Origin: Deltaproteobacteria bacterium
GTDB taxonomy: Bacteria > Myxococcota_A > UBA9160 > SMWR01
Length of the DNA stretch: 23,209 nt
Direction of reading: 5' to 3'
Assembly: GCA_032128375.1 (NCBI GenBank)
Contig: JAQBGU010000064.1
Location: 1 to 23,209 of the forward strand
Shown: positions 16,171 to 23,209 of the stretch, piece after piece
Layout: every line of letters begins with the position of its first letter
Numbering within the stretch: position 1 is the first letter of the stretch
Made by a program: the position numbers and the translations under genes
The notes under the pieces: generated by a model
Databases searched by the model: none
Told to the model about the DNA's origin: nothing
Seen by the model: the letters and a program-made list of their open reading frames with translations, nothing else

Positions 16171-17565
16171 GTGAGCCTGGCTGACCGGTCCCTTTTGGCA
16201 ATGGTGATCGGGCTCTACCTCTGCCTCGCCGTCGGCTACCAGGTTTCGATTCCGATGTTCGAGGCGCCCGACGAGCCGTCCCACGTCGAATACGTGGGAT
16301 TCGTGCACGCGAACGCCCGCCCACCTGCCTTTGGCAACGACCCTGAGGTGCCCGGGGAGGGGATGCAGGCGCCAGCCTACTACCTGCTCTCGGCGCCTCT
16401 GTTCGGGAAGGTCGTGGCGGATCCGGTGGCGTTCATGGCTGAACTCCATCGCGCGAACAGAGAGATCTATCGGTACGACGCGGACGGCGCGCGCCTCAAT
16501 CGCGAGATCCGTCCTGTTTCCCGGCGACTGTTCCGCAAAGGCACGCGGCGCATCTGGCCGAACGCACGGCTCGATTCGGTGCGGGCCATCCGCGCGCCGA
16601 ATCTGGCGTTCGGCCTGGCCACACTGCTGCTGTGCTTCAGCGCGGTTCGTCGGGCCGCGGGTGACGTGCGGCTCGCGACCATCGCTTCCGCCATTTTGAC
16701 ACTCAATCCGCAGTTCCTCTTCGTGTCGGGCTACGTGAATAACGACGTGGCGGCCGCAGCTGTGGGCGCGGCCGCATTCTGCGCATTGGCCTTCTCGCTC
16801 TCGGGCGCCGGCCCGCGTCGCGTTCACTATGTGTGGCTCGGCGCGATCGCAGGAATCGGCATCTTGGTGAAGACCTCGTCGTTGACGGTGTCTGCAACCG
16901 CGTGTCTCGTGCTGTTCGCAGCCGATCCGCGTCCGTTGCGTCGACGCGTCTCCGACGCCGCCCTCGCAGGCGCATTGGTCATCTCGCTCGCGTCGCCCTA
17001 TTTCGCATGGAACCTCGAAAACCGCGGCGACTGGCTGGGGATGACTGCGGTATGGGATTCCGCAACCCACCTTTCGAACCTTCACGTCAAGCCGGACCGA
17101 ATCTGGAGAACGCTATTGGCCAATTATCCAAAGACGTTTCAGTCGTATTGGGGGCTCTTTGGGTGGATGACGGTGCAGATGCCCACCGCCGTCTATGCGA
17201 TTCTGGCGGGCTCGACTCTCTTCTGTGTCGTTCGATTCGCGCGCAGCGTCCGCGAGAATTGGGTCGCGCGCGGACGCCTGCAAAACTGGGTCCTCCTGTA
17301 CCTCCTGGCGGCATCGGTCGCCATGATCGGCGCGCACGTCTGGCTGAACACGAGCGTCGCGTCGCTACAGGGAAGACACCTGTTCCCCGCGATCGCACAG
17401 ATCTCCACGATCTTGGCTGTCGGCCTGGCTGGGCGTCGGTTTCCGTCGCTTCGCTCGGTAGGGATCGTCGTCGCAGCGATGGGCTCTCTTGCAGTCTACG
17501 CACTGTTGGGCGTGCTCCGACCCGCCTACGCCGCGACCGCCGTGATCAACGAAGTCGTCGGCTGA
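16171..17565 (+). CDS. GT-C fold membrane glycosyltransferase (GT39/PMT/ArnT-like, DUF2142-like)
   Basis: N-terminal TM followed by the P.FEAPDEPSH..Y acidic loop. Also NPQFLFVSGYVNND, GILVK, SYWGLFGW and QGRHLFP motifs, with many TM segments. Confidence 0.8.
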   Translation: MSLADRSLLAMVIGLYLCLAVGYQVSIPMFEAPDEPSHVEYVGFVHANARPPAFGNDPEVPGEGMQAPAYYLLSAPLFGKVVADPVAFMAELHRANREIYRYDADGARLNREIRPVSRRLFRKGTRRIWPNARLDSVRAIRAPNLAFGLATLLLCFSAVRRAAGDVRLATIASAILTLNPQFLFVSGYVNNDVAAAAVGAAAFCALAFSLSGAGPRRVHYVWLGAIAGIGILVKTSSLTVSATACLVLFAADPRPLRRRVSDAALAGALVISLASPYFAWNLENRGDWLGMTAVWDSATHLSNLHVKPDRIWRTLLANYPKTFQSYWGLFGWMTVQMPTAVYAILAGSTLFCVVRFARSVRENWVARGRLQNWVLLYLLAASVAMIGAHVWLNTSVASLQGRHLFPAIAQISTILAVGLAGRRFPSLRSVGIVVAAMGSLAVYALLGVLRPAYAATAVINEVVG

Positions 17566-17620
17566 GCGTCGGATAGCGTTGAACGCCCGGCAGTGACGAC
17601 CGAGTCCAAGCTCGGTAGGA

Positions 17621-17815
17621 CTATGGGCACGCCGTCGTGACCGGTGTCGTGCCGGAGGGGCCAGCGGGACAGCCGAACATCAGTTGGAGGGCGTCAAAGT
17701 CGCCGAATCCCACGGTGTCTCCAACGGGCTCCGTATGGTCGTGAAGTGGCGAGTTCGTCCCGAAGAACAAACTGAAGGAGCTGAAGGGGATAGGGCGTTC
17801 AAGCTGCGTTCTGGC
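17621..17815 (-). pseudogene. orphan C-terminal fragment of a secreted protein with a dockerin/EF-hand-like duplicated motif
   Basis: Reads ...FSSFSLFFGTNSPLHDHTEPVGDTVGFGDFDALQLMFGCPAGPSGTTPVTTACP*. No start codon, and it lies next to the IS end. Confidence 0.35.
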
Positions 17816-17860
17816 TCAACGCCCATACTCGGACGTTGAGCAGCTTCCGAGCTTGTTTTC

Positions 17861-18875
17861 CCTACCTATCCGATCGGCCCCGCAATCAGTCGGTGGTAGG
17901 GAAGCGGCTTGCCCTCGACAGCCCGGCGGGTCAGATAGTAGAAGAGCTCGTCTTCGTTCCAACGTCGGTTGAGGTGGTAAGTGAATTCCTTGAGGTATCG
18001 AGCGAGATGCTTGTGACTGACACCGCGGAAGGGTTCCGAGTAACCACGCCTCGAGGTTGGAGATGATCGTGTGCGCCCAGGGCAAGACTTCAAGACTTCC
18101 GTGGCGGCTTCAGGCGTGACGAGCACCGTGGCTTCGTGATCGACACCTGCGGACTGAAGCGGCGAGTATCCGCGATGGCCATCGGTCACCACGGTCGTGT
18201 TCGCCCCCTCGATGCACCCCCGCACGATCGGCCCGAGGCTCTCCCAGGAGGCATCGGTCACGATCTCCAACGCAGCGGACCCGGCCGTGTGTTCGCGCTG
18301 CTCGACCATTACGACGACGATCGATTTATTGGGGGCTCCCCGTCCGCGCTTTCCGCCGGAGCGAGGTCCCCCCACGAAGGCCTCATCGGCCTCGACGACA
18401 CCCTTGAGCAGTTGCCCGGTGCGGCGTCCGAGCGCGGAGCGGAGCTTGTGGAGCATCGTCCAGGCGGTCTGGTAGCTGCCGAGGCCGAGATCGCGCTGAA
18501 GCTGCAACGCAGAGATTCCTTGTTTGTGTCGCGAAACGAAGAAGATGGCCAGGAACCACTTCTGCAGCGAGGTCTGCGTCGCGTGGAAGACGGTCCCGGC
18601 TGTTACGGAGACCTGGTAGCGGCACCCTGCGCACTGGTGCAGTCGTCGGCTCGAAACGTACGAAGCGTCCGTGCCCTGGCAGCGCGGACAGACGAACCCT
18701 GTCGGCCACCGAATCTTCTCCAGGTACGCTCGGCAAGCGTCGTCGTCCGGGAACTGATGCATGAAGTCGAGCATCGTGGTCGGGAACTCCATCGGTTGTC
18801 CTCCTATTGAGTGGAGGACGTTACGGGACCGGTGTGCCAGGTCCGGTCACAAGCTGAGCCGATCGGATAGGCAGA
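17861..18875 (-). mobile_element. IS1595-family insertion sequence (ISSod11-like ends), decayed
   Basis: Terminal inverted repeats CCTATCCGATCGGC at 17865-17878 and its reverse complement at 18858-18871 enclose a transposase gene. No clean target duplication is visible. Confidence 0.85.
17866..18792 (-). pseudogene. IS1595-family transposase with two compensating frameshifts
   Basis: Zn ribbon (CPRC..CAGC), SVTAGTVFH, GISALQLQR.LGL.SYQTAW.MLHKLR, VEADE, VTDG and EF.Y.LNRR motifs. The conserved LPWAHTIISNL segment is in another frame. Confidence 0.85.
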
Positions 18876-19329
18876 TAATTTTATGTTCCCACGATCTTGT
18901 CGAGAACACACACGCTGATGTATCGCGATGCGAGACTGCCCTCGAACCCGAACTTCAGACCGAGCCGCTCCTAGCCGTACCGCAGCTGCCCGCGCGGAAC
19001 CACGATTACGAAATCTCAACTCGAGACTGTCCAGCCAGAACGGGGGCAGACGCCCGGATCGAAGAATCTGCGGCGAAGGGGACGGTACGTCTTGCGTTCC
19101 GACGCCATGGAAAGGGCATTCAATATGCGTTCTGGCTCTGTCGGCCCAAAGTACAAATGTCCGGTTTTCTCCAAAGTCGAAATGTTCGGTCATACCCTTC
19201 GATGGATCACGGCGAAGGGGGTTGGGATGGACTCGTAGTTGTCCGCCGCGGTGTGCGTATCATCCGTTCCGGGATCGAAGTCCAGTCGGGAGAGGGGCTT
19301 CCCTTTCCTAACTCACTCGGAGGTCGGAC

Positions 19330-21550
19330 ATGATCTACCGCTTCGGTGACTTCGCGCTCGACCCCGATGCGCGTTCACTGCGCCGCTCCGGGCGCGATAT
19401 CGACATCGAACCCAAGGTTCTCGACCTGCTGATCTATCTCATCGAGGCTCGCCCACGCGTCGCCTTGAGAAGCGAGATCGGCGACGTGCTGTGGCCCGGT
19501 ACCACCGTTACGCGCGATGCGCTGAACCGTCTCGCGATGGAAGCGCGACGCGTGGTCGGCGACAACGGCGGGTCGCAGGACGTGATTCGCACCGTCCGCG
19601 GACGCGGTTACGCGTTCGTCGCGGATGCCTTCGTCGAGTCGCGCCTCAGCGCGAGCGAGAGTGCGACGGCACTGCATGCCGCGGCCGACGGATTCCCGCA
19701 CGGGCTCAGCGCCGAAGCCATACGGCTGCTTCGCATCGCGGCCGCGATTGGAGCGGAGTTCACAACGACTCTGTTGGCACACGCTGCGGCGCGACCTCTA
19801 CGCGGGTGCCGCGCGGCGGTTCGCGAGGCGGTGGGTGCGGGCGTCCTGGTGGGTCAGCGTCGCGACCAGTTGGCCTTCGCAGAGGAGGAAACGCGTCGCG
19901 CCCTCTATGCGTCCCTCGTGTCGAAGCCGCGCGAGCTTGCTCTGGCCCACCTCGCGATCGCCGAGGAACTCGAGCGCGAAGGCGGCGAAGCGCATGTGGC
20001 GGCGGAACTCGCATACCATTTCGAGCAATCCGCAGCGGTCGGCGGCGCCGGGAGGGCGATGGTCTACTGCGTCAAGGCCGCCGAACTCGCGACCAATCGC
20101 CTCGCCCACGACCGCGCCACGACGTACCTGGAGCGAGCGCTCGCGCTCTCTCGGCTCGCGTCACCATTCGACGAACATCTTGTTGCGGACGTGATGTTGC
20201 GGCTCGCGCGCTCGAGTCTCCACTCTCATGGACTCGTGGCAGCCCGTGCCATGTATCTGGAGGCGATTCAGCTCGGTCGCGAAAGCCATGACACCGTGCT
20301 GCTCGGACACGCGGCCCTCGGCTACGCGGATCGCCAGGCGGTCGGAGACGACGACGTCATTTCGCTGTTGGAGGATGCCCGGGCAGACGTGGATGGGGCA
20401 GAGCCGGGCTCGCCGATGAGCATTGTGCTGAAGGCGCGGCTGGCGTCGGCGCTGCCCAACCACGACTCGCGCCGCGCGCACGTGCTGATGGCCGAAGCAG
20501 AACGCGATGCCCGCGACTCGGGCGAGCCTTGGGTGCTTGCGCACACCCTGGAAGACTCGGCGCGGGTCGGGCTCAGCGCAGACGATCCCGAGGCCTGGAT
20601 TGAACTCAACCTCGAGGTCTGCTCCGCGGCGCGAGAGGCGGGCGAACTCGAGGTGGAGTTCCACGGTGCACACGGCGTCGCGTCGGGACACCTGGAGATC
20701 GGCGACATCGATGCGGTGCGTCGGGACGCCGACATACTCGACGAGATTTCGCACCGGCTCCGCACGCCGATGGCACGCGGCGTGACCCGCGGCGTTCGGA
20801 CGATGCTCGCTCTGTTGGCGGGTCGCTTCGATACGGCGAGAGTCGGGATCGAAGTCTCGCTGGAGGAGGCGGACGTGTTTCGCCATCCCGATCTCGTCGC
20901 CCAGATCTACGCGCAGCTCTACCACCTCTCGCGGGAGTACGGCAACCTGCCGGTCCTTGCACGGGCGCTCGACGAACTCGCGCAGCGCAACCCCGAAACG
21001 ATGGGCTTCGGGGCTGCGCTGCTGGGAATCCGCATCGCTGAAGGCGGCGGGTCGGAACTCCTTCCGCAGCTCCAGAAGCTGATCGACGACCTTGACGATC
21101 TTTCGCGAGATCGCCAATGGCTGTTCGTACTCTCGATGATCGCAGACGCGTGCGTGAGCCTGGGCGCGGCGACTGAGGCGGGTCGCCTATACGAGCGAAT
21201 GAAACCCTATGGCGGCCTGACCGATCGTCGTCGGATTCTGCGGCCTCTGCTATGGCGCGGTCGATCACTACCTCGGGCTGCTTTCGCATTGTCTCGGCGA
21301 CCTTGAGCGCGCCGAGGATCACTTCCGGCGAGCCATCGCCCTGTGCCAAGACATTGCGGCCCCGCTGTTCGAGGCTCGCAGCGAGCACGCACTGGCCGGT
21401 GTACTGCTCGCGACTCGCGAGCCCGAGTGCGTCGACGAGGCACGCGCTCTCGCAGCGAAGTCGGTCGAAACAGCGCGTTCGTTCGGCCTCGAACCGTTCC
21501 AGGACGCGAGCGAGCCATCGCCGTCGAAACTCGGCAGCGCGGCGAACTGA
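19330..21550 (+). pseudogene. OmpR/CadC-type wHTH (Trans_reg_C) + TPR-like regulator, frameshifted near 21223
   Basis: MIYRFGDFALD...IEPKVLDLL.YL...IRTVRGRGYAF wHTH, then ELAYHF and A..YLERAL helical repeats. The conserved C-terminus (CYGAVDHYLGLL...AEDHFRRAIAL) continues in the +1 frame from 21224 to TGA 21550. Confidence 0.8.
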
Positions 21551-22100
21551 CCCCCCGTCCCGCTTGCCGCCCGGTTCACACGGAACTCGGTGTACGACTC
21601 GAACTCGAGATCTCGAGGTTGGCGAGGGGGTCTGGCGCAGGTCGAATCGGCCCCCTTGGGCGCGCGTCCGCTCCGATGCTGATGATTGTGTGATGATTCT
21701 CGCAGCCTCCGCGCTGCCGTCACCTCCGCGCGTATGCTCGACCGCATCGTCGCGGAGCTGCGCGGGGAGACAATGATGACGAGCGGGCCGCAATTGCCAC
21801 CCCGCAGCGAACATCGCTAGGGCTGACAATATGCTGGCAATCGATCCTGTCGAAGTGCTCTTACGGGTTGGCCTTCCTCGGCAACATCAGCACCGCGAAG
21901 GGCGCGCTTCGCTTCACCCCGCCGCCGAGCCTGGCCCGGCACCGATGCTCACAACCGGCGCGGCGATTCTTCGCTTCCTGGCGCGACATCGCGAGAAACC
22001 GGCGGGCGATCGTTGACCGGGCACCCGCAACCGCATTTTTGAGCCCTGAATCGCGACTCATCTATGAGACAATCTGAGCTCCAATTTCGAGGTGTTCCCG

Positions 22101-23209
22101 ATGCTGAATCCATCCAGCCCACGAAGCTCTTTTGTAATTCACTCTGGACGCTGCTTCGCCGCGCTCCCCGCGCTGGCGATCGGTTTCCACGCGCGCATCG
22201 CGCGAGCGGATTGGGGCGAGGATTGGGGCACCATGCTCTGGGGCTCCGGAGCCCCCGCTGTGCCGACGCTCGACGGCTGGGGCCTTCTTCTCTTGTCCGC
22301 CGTTCTGGTCGTCACTGCTCTGTTGATGCTCGTGAAGCGCCGCGCGCCGCGCACGACTCTCGTCCTGTTCGTCGCACTCGTGGTGCCGCTTGCGGGGTAC
22401 GCCACGACCATCTCGATGCCGTACGTCTTCAGCAACGGAACGGTCGCAGATGCAACGCAGGTCAACGCGAACTTCGATGAGCTGGTCATGGAGTCGAACA
22501 GCCAGGATCTGCGCCTATCGACCGTCGAAGGACTGACTGGACCCCACACGCATCCGGGCACCGACATCACCTCCCAGGTCGGCGATGCCGACACGGTCGA
22601 CGGCGCGCATGCTGCCGCGCTGGAAGAGTCCAGCGAAATCGACGCTGACATCGCTGCCCATGCCGCGATCTCCTCCTCGCACCACTCGCGCTACACGGAT
22701 GCAGAAGCGCTGCTCGCCGCCGTTGGCGTGGATGCCGGGACGCTGGACGGGCTCGATTCCACCGTCCTCGAGGAATCAGCGGAGATCGACGCCGACATCG
22801 CCGTTCACGCGTTGAACCCGTCCGTTCATCACACCCGCTACACCGACAGCGAGGCACTCGCAGCCGCGGCAGGAGTGGATGCCGGCACGTTGGACGGACT
22901 CGACTCGCTCGCCTTTGCGGGCGCTTCCCACACCCACGCGTACGGCAAGGTCGCGATCGTTGCGCAGAGCGGCGGCAACTACACCGATCCCAAGGCTGCC
23001 ATGGACGACCTGGCCACGTGGTGCGGGACACCGAGCGCCGCGAATCCCTGCCTGGTGCGCATCATGCCCGGCATCTACGACCTCGGAAACAACGCGCTCA
23101 CCATGCAGTCGTATGTGGACCTCGAGGGGAGCGGCGAAGGCACGACCCTCGTCACTTCGACCCACAGCAGCGGAACTGCCAACGAAACCTCGGCAACCCT
23201 GGTGGGTGC
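22101..23209 (+). CDS. secreted/surface protein with internal IPTL-CTERM-like segment, 49-aa repeats and start of a pectin-lyase-like beta-helix; 3' truncated by window edge
   Basis: GAGGTG RBS then ATG 22101, open to the window end (absent from the ORF track because it has no stop). Contains VPTLDGWGLLLL...KRR, PYVFSNGTVADATQVNANF, DAGTLDGLDS repeats, and VAQSGGNYTD...LVRIMPGIYD...YVDLEGSG. Confidence 0.8.
   Translation, partial: MLNPSSPRSSFVIHSGRCFAALPALAIGFHARIARADWGEDWGTMLWGSGAPAVPTLDGWGLLLLSAVLVVTALLMLVKRRAPRTTLVLFVALVVPLAGYATTISMPYVFSNGTVADATQVNANFDELVMESNSQDLRLSTVEGLTGPHTHPGTDITSQVGDADTVDGAHAAALEESSEIDADIAAHAAISSSHHSRYTDAEALLAAVGVDAGTLDGLDSTVLEESAEIDADIAVHALNPSVHHTRYTDSEALAAAAGVDAGTLDGLDSLAFAGASHTHAYGKVAIVAQSGGNYTDPKAAMDDLATWCGTPSAANPCLVRIMPGIYDLGNNALTMQSYVDLEGSGEGTTLVTSTHSSGTANETSATLVG
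22581..22913 (+). repeat. intragenic 147-bp (49-aa) tandem repeat, about 2.3 copies
   Basis: LEESSEIDADIAAHAAISSSHHSRYTDAEALLAAVGVDAGTLDGLDSTV (from 22620) vs LEESAEIDADIAVHALNPSVHHTRYTDSEALAAAAGVDAGTLDGLDSLA (from 22767). Confidence 0.85.

Noticed and set aside
17853..18883. Target-site duplication around the IS
   Set aside because: The flanks TTGTTTTC and TAATTTTA match only 5/8, too weak to call.
18804..19333. Several overlapping 127-190 aa ORFs between the IS and the regulator
   Set aside because: They overlap the IS end and show no recognisable motifs. I cannot support any as a gene.
20606..21829. 407-aa minus-strand ORF
   Set aside because: Arg/Pro-rich shadow of the regulator gene.

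Overview
GC-rich bacterial window, probably from a Myxococcota/deltaproteobacterium-like genome (inferred from gene content). The left part (1-14010) is core chromosome. It holds the 3' part of an archaeal-type DNA topoisomerase VI subunit A gene, then rfbA and rfbC. A minus-strand cluster follows, with a Fur-box-preceded operon (outer-membrane beta-barrel, FMN-binding protein, His-containing membrane protein, ApbE flavin transferase), fur, a hypothetical protein, a TPR lipoprotein and an EEP hydrolase. Next is an arginine succinyltransferase (AST)-type operon (aminotransferase, astA, astD) whose fourth gene is an ArgZ/DDAH-type amidinotransferase rather than canonical AstB. The right part (about 13956 to the end) is an accessory island. 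The 3' end of the amidinotransferase gene, starting at its catalytic Cys codon, reappears in diverged form at 15226, overlapping the 3' end of a decayed tyrosine integrase. Between the two copies lies a 1.27 kb integrase-less wHTH + nucleotidyltransferase (TA/Abi-like) cassette with a twin palindromic operator. Further right are a GT-C glycosyltransferase, a decayed IS1595-family element, a frameshifted wHTH-TPR regulator, and the 5' part of a secreted protein with an unusual double-signal-peptide/internal IPTL-CTERM architecture. I found no rRNA, tRNA or CRISPR array.
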